Assembly: GCA_001029755.1 (NCBI GenBank) | Contig: CP011214.1 | Coordinates: 493,767-557,766 of the forward strand | DNA: 64,000 bases | Origin: Candidatus Woesebacteria bacterium GW2011_GWF1_31_35 | Lineage (GTDB): Bacteria > Patescibacteriota > Microgenomatia > UBA8517 | Direction: 5' to 3' | Shown here: piece by piece, positions 38,181-46,716 of the stretch | Layout of the letters: every line of letters starts with the position of its first letter | Position numbering within the stretch: position 1 is the first letter of the stretch | Position numbers and translations under genes: made by a program | Notes under the pieces: model-generated | Told to the model about the DNA's origin: nothing | Seen by the model: the letters and a program-made list of their open reading frames with translations, nothing else | Databases searched by the model: none

Positions 38181-38810
38181 ATGAAAAAATATCTGTTGAT
38201 AATATTTTTAGGAGCCCTAACACTTTCTGTATTTACTTTTATTAATAGATCTAACCCAATTATTAATGTTAAAAATACAAACCAATCACCTTCTATAAAA
38301 GATAGTTCTCAAGCAGAATGCCCTTTTTTTGTAGATAAAAACTTTCCAAAAGAATACTTTTCTAATGTATTTAATGAAGTAATGGTGTCTTACCCTCCTT
38401 CTCTGATCACTTCCAATCAAGAAATAATTCCCATTAAAGAAAGATTCAATCCATTAAAAGAACCTTTTGGCGGTGAATTTTATACGATTCCTAAAGGAGC
38501 ATATCCTTGGACCGAAAGAAATTTTGATCTAGATAACGACGAGAAGAAGGAAAGGATTTTATCTGCAGATACTGCCATGAATCACACACCAAATTTGGCA
38601 GTAATTGTTAAGGATGGATACATAATTTATAAAACCAAGGGGGCAAATGTATATATAAGTGAGGTTGGTGACCATAATGGATTTTTTCTCCATGAAAATA
38701 CCGATTGGAATAGTGGAGAATATAAAACCACTAGGTATGTTCATAAGGACGAAAAATTCATTCCTGTTTGGTTTCAAACCTCTTGTGTTGTTAGACCACA
38801 AAGTGACTAA
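38181..38810 (+). CDS. Hypothetical secreted protein
   Basis: Signal peptide MKKYLLIIFLGALTLSVFTF. Confidence 0.4.
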   Translation: MKKYLLIIFLGALTLSVFTFINRSNPIINVKNTNQSPSIKDSSQAECPFFVDKNFPKEYFSNVFNEVMVSYPPSLITSNQEIIPIKERFNPLKEPFGGEFYTIPKGAYPWTERNFDLDNDEKKERILSADTAMNHTPNLAVIVKDGYIIYKTKGANVYISEVGDHNGFFLHENTDWNSGEYKTTRYVHKDEKFIPVWFQTSCVVRPQSD

Positions 38811-39227
38811 CTCCTTGTGTGTATAAGGACTACACATGTTTGTGCCCATCCTCAAGCATCCCATCAAGGCTAGAGTCATTTTCTACAAGCAAAACAACTT
38901 CAATGCAATATCAATGCAATTGCCTAGGCAAGGGCAAGGCTACGCCCTGTGCAAATGTAATGACTATATTGCTAAGTAGCAGGTTTGGTAATTGAACTAT
39001 ACCTACCCTCCATATTAATATTTTGGTTCCCTGTGGGTATTGATATTATTTGATAGATGAGATATATTGATATAGTCAAGAGAGATTGGAGATAGAAAAA
39101 TATACAGAAAGATCTCCAGTTTTCTCCATTACACAAAGTAATTAATACACTAATCATTTAGCACAGCCATTGTCCCAGCTCCATTTGAGCGTTTGACCAA
39201 GGCACCGCATTAAGATTCAAAATTTTT

Positions 39228-39245
39228 AAGACGGTGTCTTTTTTG
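39228..39245 (+). terminator. Intrinsic terminator-like hairpin (AAGAC-GGT-GTCTT followed by TTTTTT)
   Basis: 5-bp GC-containing stem and a 6-T run. It sits at the end of a 450-nt ORF-free GC-shifted segment, inside the 9-bp inverted repeat TTTGACCAA/TTGGTCAAA. Confidence 0.4.
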
Positions 39246-39261
39246 TTGGTCAAATATTTAT

Positions 39262-39444
39262 ATGATTAATGATACTAGTCAAGCTATATTAACAAGCCCA
39301 GAACCCCTTGTAGTGGCTCAAAAGTGTCCTGTGTGTAATGGTTTCGGAACTTTAAAATATGGATCTTTAATTTGTCATGGTTGTTCTGGTAAGGGTTACA
39401 TATTGATACCTAACAATATTAGTTCAAAAAAGAACAAACAATAG
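39262..39444 (+). CDS. Small DnaJ-type zinc-finger protein (two CxxCxGxG repeats)
   Basis: CPVCNGFG and CHGCSGKG. Confidence 0.45.
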   Translation: MINDTSQAILTSPEPLVVAQKCPVCNGFGTLKYGSLICHGCSGKGYILIPNNISSKKNKQ

Positions 39445-39456
39445 AAAGTTGGAATC

Positions 39457-40011
39457 ATGACACTATACAGAATTGAAGATGTTAAAAAGAAATATCCAAA
39501 TTGGTTTTCCGCCGATTCTGAATTAACTTATGATGAACAAAAATGGATATGGGAAAATTCACTGTTACCTGAAGGCAATAACAAAGGCTTAGAACAAGTA
39601 GGTAAACAAGATAGCACAAGTATTAGTCTTATTAGAAGTGTTAGTGGTATACGGAATCTTAAAGAAAATGTAAACGAAAACCGACAGAAAAATGAAGCAA
39701 TTAAGGATCTTCAAGATTACACATACAAAACCCCCCTTAAATTCATAGCGATAAAATTAGAAACCATATTTGGCATATGGGATAAAAAGCCTTTCCACTG
39801 GATATATATAGCAGAGAACTACACTCCTAAAGCAATAAATTCTGTTTTAAGAGAGATGAGAAAACGAAAAGAAAACGGAGGTATGCCATTAGAGATACCT
39901 GGTGCCTATTTTACTAAAGTATTAACAAAGTATCACTCCAAAAGAAAATTACCCAAACGAAAAGAGATTGCATATACCAATGGAGGCATCAAACAGCAAA
40001 ATAATGAATAA
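39457..40011 (+). CDS. Hypothetical protein (island)
   Basis: 184-aa ORF, basic C-terminus. Confidence 0.4.
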   Translation: MTLYRIEDVKKKYPNWFSADSELTYDEQKWIWENSLLPEGNNKGLEQVGKQDSTSISLIRSVSGIRNLKENVNENRQKNEAIKDLQDYTYKTPLKFIAIKLETIFGIWDKKPFHWIYIAENYTPKAINSVLREMRKRKENGGMPLEIPGAYFTKVLTKYHSKRKLPKRKEIAYTNGGIKQQNNE

Positions 40012-40178
40012 GTTAAAAGTTCTAAAACTTAATTTCTATTCGTGCGAAGGAAATGATTATAAACATGAGGTGAATAGTTTTTACTTCAATTTGTTTGACA
40101 ATATTTTAAGAGAAATACGACAAAAGTCATTGACAATAAAGTGTGATATAAATACACTAAAGTTAACTAAAGTATAGT

Positions 40179-40355
40179 ATGAATGATGAATATCTTACAT
40201 TAGAAGAAGTTTCAAAAAAACTAAAAGTGAATAAAATCACAGTTTACAGAATGGCAAAAAGGGGAAAAATCCCTGCATTTAAATTCGGAAAAGTATGGAG
40301 AGTTGATAATAAAAAGTTAGAAAGAATGATAGAAAGAAAATTAAATGGAAAATGA
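40179..40355 (+). CDS. Excisionase-family (HTH_17 / Xis-like) DNA-binding protein, 58 aa, not in the supplied ORF track
   Basis: Translation gives MNDEYLTLEEVSKKLKVNKITVYRMAKRGKIPAFKFGKVWRVDNKKLERMIERKLNGK. The LTxxEVxxxLxVxxxTVYRxxxxGxIPAxKxGxxWR pattern is diagnostic. It overlaps the recombinase start by 11 nt. Confidence 0.65.
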   Translation: MNDEYLTLEEVSKKLKVNKITVYRMAKRGKIPAFKFGKVWRVDNKKLERMIERKLNGK

Positions 40356-41976
40356 CAAAAAAATTGTAGCTATATATGCGAGGGTATCAACTGGAAGGCA
40401 GGAACAGGAAGCAACTATTGAATCTCAATTGGATGAAGTTAAAAGGAAAATTATAGAAGATGGACATATATTACCTGATGAAAATATCTTTATAGATGAT
40501 GGATGGTCTGGCGAACTTATAGCTAGACCAGACCTAGACAGAATGAGGGATTTTGCTTTGACGGGAAAATTTTCTGCTTTATATGTTTATGACAGGGGAA
40601 GATTATCAAGAAGATTTACTCATCAAGAAATAGTTATTGAGGAACTGTCCGATAAAGAAATTGGTTTTATTTCTCTTCATGATATTAATGCACTGACTCC
40701 AGAAGAACATGTTTTGCAAGCAATGCAGGGTGTATTTCACGAATATGAAAGAGTAAAAATTGTTGAAAGGATGAGAAGGGGGAAATTATTTAAAGCAAGG
40801 AACGGAATAGTAATTAGTGGCGATGCTTTGTATGGTTATAAGTATGTTAAAAAGACTGATACTACTCCTACACATTGGGCAATAGATGAAAACGAGAGCG
40901 AAGTGGTTAAGAAAATGTTTAGGTGGTTTGTGATAGATAAAATAGGCATTAACGCAATTATTAACAAGCTATCTGATGAGGGAATTCCAACAAAAAAAGG
41001 TAAGAGTAAACATTGGACTAAAGGACCAGTTAGTAGAATATTGTGTTGTGATACTTACTTTACTGGAGTGGCTTACTACAATAAATCAGAGTCAATTGTA
41101 AGTAAACGAAGGTTAAAGAATGAAAAGTATTTCAAAATCAAGAAAAATAGTCGTAAACAACGACCTAAAGAGGAATGGATTCCATTTGATGTGCCGATAA
41201 TTATAGAAGATAAATCTTTTTTTGATAGATCACTTCAACTATTAAATTACAACAAAAAATTTGCCAATAAGAATAAAAAATTTGACTACATTCTTTCAGG
41301 AAAATTTTACTGTGAACACGGCTTCCCAATGGTTGGAGATGGTAAACAAGGCAGTCAAAGATATTATCGTAGCAGTGATAAAGTTCGCAGGAACGAATTA
41401 AGAACTTGTGATTGTGAGGGGGTGAATGTTTTTGTTGTTGAGGGTCTTTGGTGGAAACATATTAAGGATATAATATCTAATCCTGATTTTATAAAACTGA
41501 AAATTAAAGAATATGTTGAATCAAGAGCAGGAGTTAATACATCATTTGAACAAGACATACTTATAAATAAAACAAAGATCTCTAATTTAACTGATCAGGA
41601 GTCAAAATTTGCACAAATGTATGCTGAGAATTTGATTGATCTTGATCAATTGAGAGGATTGATTAAACAAGTAAAAGATAGGAAATTCATATTTACACGG
41701 AATCTTAAAAAACTAGAAAGAATTAAACCAGTAAAAGTAAGAATTAACGATGAAGAAATATCTCTACTTTACGATAAGGCAAGAGAGGTATTACAATCAC
41801 AAGACTTTTCGGATAAAAATTTGGTGTTACGAGATTTAGTGAGTAAAATAGTATTAAAGAAAGGAGGAGAGGTAAATACATGGATAAATATACCAATAAA
41901 TACCCAATACTTGGAACATGGGACTGAGCGTAGGGATAGTAGGTCTTCCAAATGTGGGGAAGTCCACACTTTTTAA
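40345..41976 (+). CDS. Large serine recombinase (resolvase/invertase catalytic domain, recombinase domain and zinc ribbon)
   Basis: IYARVSTGRQE catalytic Ser motif, DRLSRR-like block (DRGRLSRR), GYKYV recombinase domain, Cys clusters; the 3' end overlaps ychF by 59 nt. Confidence 0.8.
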   Translation: MENDKKIVAIYARVSTGRQEQEATIESQLDEVKRKIIEDGHILPDENIFIDDGWSGELIARPDLDRMRDFALTGKFSALYVYDRGRLSRRFTHQEIVIEELSDKEIGFISLHDINALTPEEHVLQAMQGVFHEYERVKIVERMRRGKLFKARNGIVISGDALYGYKYVKKTDTTPTHWAIDENESEVVKKMFRWFVIDKIGINAIINKLSDEGIPTKKGKSKHWTKGPVSRILCCDTYFTGVAYYNKSESIVSKRRLKNEKYFKIKKNSRKQRPKEEWIPFDVPIIIEDKSFFDRSLQLLNYNKKFANKNKKFDYILSGKFYCEHGFPMVGDGKQGSQRYYRSSDKVRRNELRTCDCEGVNVFVVEGLWWKHIKDIISNPDFIKLKIKEYVESRAGVNTSFEQDILINKTKISNLTDQESKFAQMYAENLIDLDQLRGLIKQVKDRKFIFTRNLKKLERIKPVKVRINDEEISLLYDKAREVLQSQDFSDKNLVLRDLVSKIVLKKGGEVNTWINIPINTQYLEHGTERRDSRSSKCGEVHTF

Positions 41977-42889
41977 TGCTCTTTTAAAAAAGCAACTTGC
42001 ATATGTTGCTAATTTTCCATTTGCAACGATAGAACCTAATATTGGAGTTGTTCCTGTTCCTGATGAAAGACTTACTAAATTATCTAAAATATATAATTCT
42101 CCAATTGTTCCAGCTACTGTTCAATTTGTAGATATTGCAGGACTAATTGCAGGAGCTTCTAAAGGAGAAGGACTTGGAAATAAATTTTTAAGTCACATTA
42201 GAGACGTATCCGCAATTTGTCATGTAATTCGAGTATTTACTGATCCTGACATAATAAAGCAAGGAGTAGTAAGTCCTAAAGATGATTTTGAAATAGTTAA
42301 ACTTGAATTGGATTTAGCTGATCAGCAAACTTTAGAAAATCATGAAAAGAAAAAAAATAAAGATATTGAGAGTTTACCTTTATTTTCTAAAAAACCTATT
42401 TTAATTGTTTTAAATATTGATGAAAAAGATTTAGTTAAGGCAGAAGAATTGGAAGGTGAGTATGCTACCAAACTTGGTGTTTTAAAAGATCAAGTCGTTG
42501 CAGTATCTGCAAAAGTTGAATCAGAACTATCAGAACTTTCAGAAGATGATCAAAAATCATATCTTTCCGATTTAGGTGTTAAAAACTCAGGACTTGAAAG
42601 ACTTATTCAAAAAGCATTTAAAACATTAGGATTAATTACCTTTTTAACTGCAGGTGAAAAAGAAGTTAGGGCTTGGACTATTAAAGATGGAATTACAGCT
42701 CAGGAGGCATCTGGTGTTATTCATACTGATTTTATGAATAAATTTATAAAAGCTGATATTTGTAATTTTAATGATTTTATAGAGAATAATGGATGGAAAA
42801 ACGTTAGAGAATTAGGAAAGGTAAGAAGCGAAGGAAGAGATTATATAGTTAAAGATGGAGATGTTGTTGAATTTAAAATTGGAAGTTAA
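41918..42889 (+). CDS. ychF: Ribosome-binding ATPase YchF (Obg-family GTPase)
   Basis: GIVGLPNVGKSTLFNAL G1 motif and a TGS-like C-terminus. Confidence 0.85.
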   Translation: MGLSVGIVGLPNVGKSTLFNALLKKQLAYVANFPFATIEPNIGVVPVPDERLTKLSKIYNSPIVPATVQFVDIAGLIAGASKGEGLGNKFLSHIRDVSAICHVIRVFTDPDIIKQGVVSPKDDFEIVKLELDLADQQTLENHEKKKNKDIESLPLFSKKPILIVLNIDEKDLVKAEELEGEYATKLGVLKDQVVAVSAKVESELSELSEDDQKSYLSDLGVKNSGLERLIQKAFKTLGLITFLTAGEKEVRAWTIKDGITAQEASGVIHTDFMNKFIKADICNFNDFIENNGWKNVRELGKVRSEGRDYIVKDGDVVEFKIGS

Positions 42890-42898
42890 CCTTTATTA

Positions 42899-43171
42899 TT
42901 AGATTTCTAATTTACGTTCAGTATTTGAAAATCCATCTCTAATAATAACTTTTATATTTTGGTTGGTAGAGTAATAGACAATCTTTTCCAAGACGTGAGG
43001 TACTGGATACAATTCTATATTATTATCTTTTTTTAGAGATGTAATAAAATCATCAATTTTGGTAAGGCATGTACCATTGTGAAATTCTTCGATGCAATTT
43101 TTTTGAAAGACACAGCTATTGGTACAAGGTAAATTTCTTAATTCAATTGTTGTAATTTTTTCCTTCCCCAT
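42899..43171 (-). CDS. Hypothetical small Cys-containing protein
   Basis: 90-aa ORF with no recognisable motif. Confidence 0.35.
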   Translation of the reverse strand: MGKEKITTIELRNLPCTNSCVFQKNCIEEFHNGTCLTKIDDFITSLKKDNNIELYPVPHVLEKIVYYSTNQNIKVIIRDGFSNTERKLEI

Positions 43172-43229
43172 GATATAAAAATGATATTAACATCTCTATT
43201 GAATAAATCAAGTTAGGCGTGTTATACTT

Positions 43230-43517
43230 GTGGTCATGAATAATTATGAATTGACCTTGGTTTTAGAAGGTAAAACAACAGCTGCAAAAAAGAAATCTCT
43301 ATTAGAATCTTTAGAAAAGACAGTTAACCTTTTAAAAGGAAAGATTGGAAAAGTTGAAGATTGGGGAGTTAAAGAATTATTTCATAAAATAAAGAAAAAT
43401 AGCGAAGGATTGTTTTTAAATTGTGATTTAGAGCTTCCAGCCTCTGCAGTTAAACAACTGGACTTAAAGTTAAAAACAGAAGATAATATAATTCGATTTT
43501 TGATAGTTAAAAAATAA
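43230..43517 (+). CDS. rpsF: 30S ribosomal protein S6
   Basis: YELTLVL start and canonical rpsF-ssb-rpsR context. Confidence 0.75.
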   Translation: MVMNNYELTLVLEGKTTAAKKKSLLESLEKTVNLLKGKIGKVEDWGVKELFHKIKKNSEGLFLNCDLELPASAVKQLDLKLKTEDNIIRFLIVKK

Positions 43518-43518
43518 A

Positions 43519-44010
43519 ATGGCAAAAAGTTTAAACAAGGTACAATTAATAGGTAATTTAACTAAAGATCCAGAATTAAAATTTACTCCAAATGGTGCTG
43601 CAGTTTGTACAATAGGAATTGCAACAAATAGAAGTTGGACTACTGATTCAGGCGAGAAGAAAGATGAAGCAGATTTTCATAGATTAGTAGCTTGGAATAA
43701 ACTTGCCGAAATTTGTGGACAACTTCTTAAAAAGGGACGAAAGGTATATGTTGAAGGTAGGCTTCAAACTAGAAATTGGCAAGATAAAGATGGTCAAACA
43801 AAATATATGACTGAAATTGTTCTTTCTGACATGATTTTACTTGATTCAAGGAGAGATGGAGAAACTTCTACTGTAGTAACTGATGAATTTAATGTTCCTG
43901 AAAATTTAGATGAAAGCCAGGTTCCTGCTGCCGAAGAACCAACAAAATCAAAAGGGAAATCAAAAAAAGAAGAAGTAAAAAAAGAAGCTTCTGATGATAT
44001 TCCTTTTTAA
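43519..44010 (+). CDS. ssb: Single-stranded DNA-binding protein
   Basis: OB fold (VQLIGNLTKDPELKFTPNG) and acidic C-terminal tail DDIPF. Confidence 0.85.
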   Translation: MAKSLNKVQLIGNLTKDPELKFTPNGAAVCTIGIATNRSWTTDSGEKKDEADFHRLVAWNKLAEICGQLLKKGRKVYVEGRLQTRNWQDKDGQTKYMTEIVLSDMILLDSRRDGETSTVVTDEFNVPENLDESQVPAAEEPTKSKGKSKKEEVKKEASDDIPF

Positions 44011-44044
44011 GATTTTTATTATTAGTGTTTAATTAGAAAATAAT

Positions 44045-44284
44045 ATGCCAGCAAAGAAAAAATTTAAAAAACAAATTAAAAAATTAAGACCAGTTTCAAC
44101 AAAATGTGTTTATTGTGAAACAAAGGCTATTCCAAGTTATAAAAATTATGATCTTTTAAGTAGATATCTTTCTGATAGAGGAAGAATATTTTCAAGGGAT
44201 AGAAGTGGAATTTGTGCTAAACATCAAAGAAAAATGGCTGATGAGATTCAAAGGGCTAGATTTTTAGGACTTCTTCCTTTCTAA
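44045..44284 (+). CDS. rpsR: 30S ribosomal protein S18
   Basis: YKNYDLLSRYLSDRGRI and RFLGLLPF. Confidence 0.85.
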   Translation: MPAKKKFKKQIKKLRPVSTKCVYCETKAIPSYKNYDLLSRYLSDRGRIFSRDRSGICAKHQRKMADEIQRARFLGLLPF

Positions 44285-44304
44285 AATTTAAGGTACTATT
44301 ATTT

Positions 44305-45570
44305 ATGTCAAAAATTAATATGAATTTTTCATATGTCAGAAAAGTAATTTTAGGAGTTATTGCTATTGGAGTTATTTTTACTGCAGGATATATCTTAGGT
44401 TCTAATGGATTTAAATTAGAAACAGCATCTTTTCCTAAGATTAAGATTTCAAGAGAAGTTCCTCAAGATAAACGAGATGTTGACTTTTCTCTTTTCTGGA
44501 GAGTCTGGGATACTTTAAATACTTCATACTACGATAAAAGTAAAATAAGTCCACAAAAAATGGTCTATGGTGCAATTAGTGGAATGGTTGCCTCGTTAGG
44601 AGATCCTTATACAGCTTTTCTTCCCCCCGAAGAAAATAAAGTTATAGAAGAAGATTTATCAGGGTCATTTGAAGGTGTTGGGATTCAAATTGGATTTAAG
44701 GGTAAAAATTTAGCAGTTATTGCTCCACTTCCCGGATCTCCTGCCGATGAGGTAGGGGTTAAAGCAGGGGATTTAATAATTGAGATTAAAGATGAAGAAA
44801 AGAAAATTGATGTTGGAACAAACGGGATGACATTAACTGATGCAGTAAAATTAATTAGAGGTAAGGCTGGAACCAAGATTACACTGTTTCTCTTAAGAGA
44901 AGGTGTTAGCGAACCAATTAAGACGGAAATTACAAGAAAAAATATTGATGTTCCATCAATAATTCTTTCCTTTGTAGATAATAATGGAGTAGTTATTCAG
45001 AATGGAACGATTGCTCATATTAAACTTTTAAAATTTGGTGCTGATACTTTAACCGAATGGACAAAGGCAGTAAATGAAGTTGTAGGAAAAAGGGGAGTTA
45101 AATCAATTGTATTAGATTTAAGAAATAACCCAGGTGGTTATATGCAAGGAGCAGTTGATATCGCAAGTGAATTTGTAAAAACAGGTTCTGTAGTTGTTAT
45201 TGAAGATAAGGGTGGAATTAATAAACAAGAATATAAAACTAATAAAATTGGTGCACTTAATGATTATAAATTAGTAATTTTAGTTAATGGAGGAAGTGCT
45301 TCAGCTTCAGAAATTTTGGCAGGAGCTTTAAGAGAAATTAAAGGAGTAAAACTTGTTGGAGAGATAACTTTTGGTAAAGGTACAATTCAAGAGCCATTAC
45401 AACTTGAACAAGGATCTGGACTTCATATAACAATTGCTAAATGGTTAACACCAAAAGGAGTTTGGGTTAATGAAAAGGGATTTGAACCAGATGTTAAAAT
45501 AGAAGATAAAGTAGATACTCAAGTTGATGAACAACTTTTGGAAGCCATTAAAATTTTAAGCAAAAATTAA
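44305..45570 (+). CDS. Carboxy-terminal processing protease (S41, PDZ)
   Basis: PDZ segment (GSPADEVGVKAGDLIIEI) and GGSASASEILAGAL catalytic Ser block. Confidence 0.8.
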   Translation: MSKINMNFSYVRKVILGVIAIGVIFTAGYILGSNGFKLETASFPKIKISREVPQDKRDVDFSLFWRVWDTLNTSYYDKSKISPQKMVYGAISGMVASLGDPYTAFLPPEENKVIEEDLSGSFEGVGIQIGFKGKNLAVIAPLPGSPADEVGVKAGDLIIEIKDEEKKIDVGTNGMTLTDAVKLIRGKAGTKITLFLLREGVSEPIKTEITRKNIDVPSIILSFVDNNGVVIQNGTIAHIKLLKFGADTLTEWTKAVNEVVGKRGVKSIVLDLRNNPGGYMQGAVDIASEFVKTGSVVVIEDKGGINKQEYKTNKIGALNDYKLVILVNGGSASASEILAGALREIKGVKLVGEITFGKGTIQEPLQLEQGSGLHITIAKWLTPKGVWVNEKGFEPDVKIEDKVDTQVDEQLLEAIKILSKN

Positions 45571-45670
45571 GGAAGTATCTATATTATATAAAGAAAGAAT
45601 ATATAAAAAATAAGTCAAAGAAATCAATCAAAATTTCAACTAATCTTTCTGAATTTAGTGAGTAAGAATA

Positions 45671-46375
45671 TTAATTTACAATGGTTTTAGTAAGGGCAAT
45701 TACTTTTTCCAGGTTTCCTTCAACAATAACTTCAAGGTTTCCCCATGATTTAGCTAATCTGTGATCAGTAACTCTGTCTTGTGGGAAGTTATAAGTTCTG
45801 ATTTTTTCAGATCTCATGCCACGACCAATTACTGACCTATATCCTGCAATTGTTTTTAATTTTTCCTCTTCCTCTTTCTCCCAAAGTTTAGAACGAAGTA
45901 GAGAAAGAGCAATAACTCTATTTTGTTCTTGAAACCTCTCTTCTCTGGCTTGGACTACAATTCCTGTTGGAATATGAGTAAGTCTTACTGCTGTTGATAC
46001 TTTATTTACATTTTGTCCTCCATGCCCACCGGCTCTTGTAAACTGCCACTCCAAATCACTAGGGTTAATATTAACGTCTGTTTCGGCAACTTCAGGTAGA
46101 ACTACTACTGTTGCAGTTGAAGTGTGAATTCTACCTCTTTTTTCAGTTGAAGGAACTCTTTGAACTCTATGAACTCCTGATTCATTTTTAAGATCATCAA
46201 ACACAGAAATTCCTACGAATTTTAAGGTTAAATCATCAATTTGTAATTGTTTCCAATTTTTCTTGGTTGCGTAACGCGAGTACATTCGGAGAAGATCTTG
46301 TCCCCATATTTTTGCTTCATCTCCACCTGTGGCGCCTCTTACCTCAAGGTAACAAGTTTGATTAGTAGGATTCAT
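45671..46375 (-). CDS. prfA: Peptide chain release factor 1-type protein lacking N-terminal domain 1 (234 aa)
   Basis: [23 protein letters not shown], the PST (PxT, RF1-type) codon-recognition motif, and GGQ in [26 protein letters not shown]. Starts 1 nt after the rpmE stop. Confidence 0.75.
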   Translation of the reverse strand: MNPTNQTCYLEVRGATGGDEAKIWGQDLLRMYSRYATKKNWKQLQIDDLTLKFVGISVFDDLKNESGVHRVQRVPSTEKRGRIHTSTATVVVLPEVAETDVNINPSDLEWQFTRAGGHGGQNVNKVSTAVRLTHIPTGIVVQAREERFQEQNRVIALSLLRSKLWEKEEEEKLKTIAGYRSVIGRGMRSEKIRTYNFPQDRVTDHRLAKSWGNLEVIVEGNLEKVIALTKTIVN

Positions 46376-46376
46376 T

Positions 46377-46694
46377 TTACTTTACTTTTTTAGCACGAAG
46401 TACTTCTAAGTTTTCAGGTCTACTCATTTCTTCTTTAATCTTTTTCTCTTTTTTAATTCTTCTCTTTTCAGTTTTTGATACAACATTTTTAGCAACATGA
46501 GATAGCTTTGTTTTAAATGCTTCAACTCTTCCTGCAGCATCTAGGTATTTCATCTGTCCTGTGTAGAAAGGATGACAGACAGAACAAACCTCAACGTTTA
46601 TTTCAGGCAAAGTTGCGCCAACAACAAATGTATTGCCACAAGCACAAGTTACTTTTGCTTCTTTAAACCATTTTGGATGAATATTTGCTTTCAT
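46377..46694 (-). CDS. rpmE: 50S ribosomal protein L31
   Basis: MKANIHPKW start and CxxC...[10 protein letters not shown] zinc ribbon. Confidence 0.85.
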   Translation of the reverse strand: MKANIHPKWFKEAKVTCACGNTFVVGATLPEINVEVCSVCHPFYTGQMKYLDAAGRVEAFKTKLSHVAKNVVSKTEKRRIKKEKKIKEEMSRPENLEVLRAKKVK

Positions 46695-46716
46695 ATATTT
46701 TATCTATTACTTTTGC

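Larger units (their letters stand above)
31482..41976. mobile_element. Putative integrated element / genomic island with serine recombinase and Xis at the right end; left boundary uncertain (31.48 kb repeat A or 34.27 kb repeat B)
   Basis: Recombinase and Xis lie next to the conserved ychF start. Leftwards are an XRE repressor, an extra signal peptidase, unknown ORFs, a composition shift and a repeat-flanked cassette. No housekeeping genes occur between the ABC transporter and ychF. Confidence 0.35.

Noticed and set aside
38811-39260. RNase P RNA or tmRNA in the 450-nt noncoding stretch of the island
   Set aside because: No P4 (AGGAAAGUCCGGGCUCC-like) or tRNA-like 3' end (GGTTCGA..CCA) motifs are visible.
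45671-46375. Programmed +1 frameshift (RF2-style) to explain the short release factor
   Set aside because: The tripeptide motif is PST (RF1 type), not SPF. No upstream frame-0 segment exists, because the rpmE stop is adjacent.
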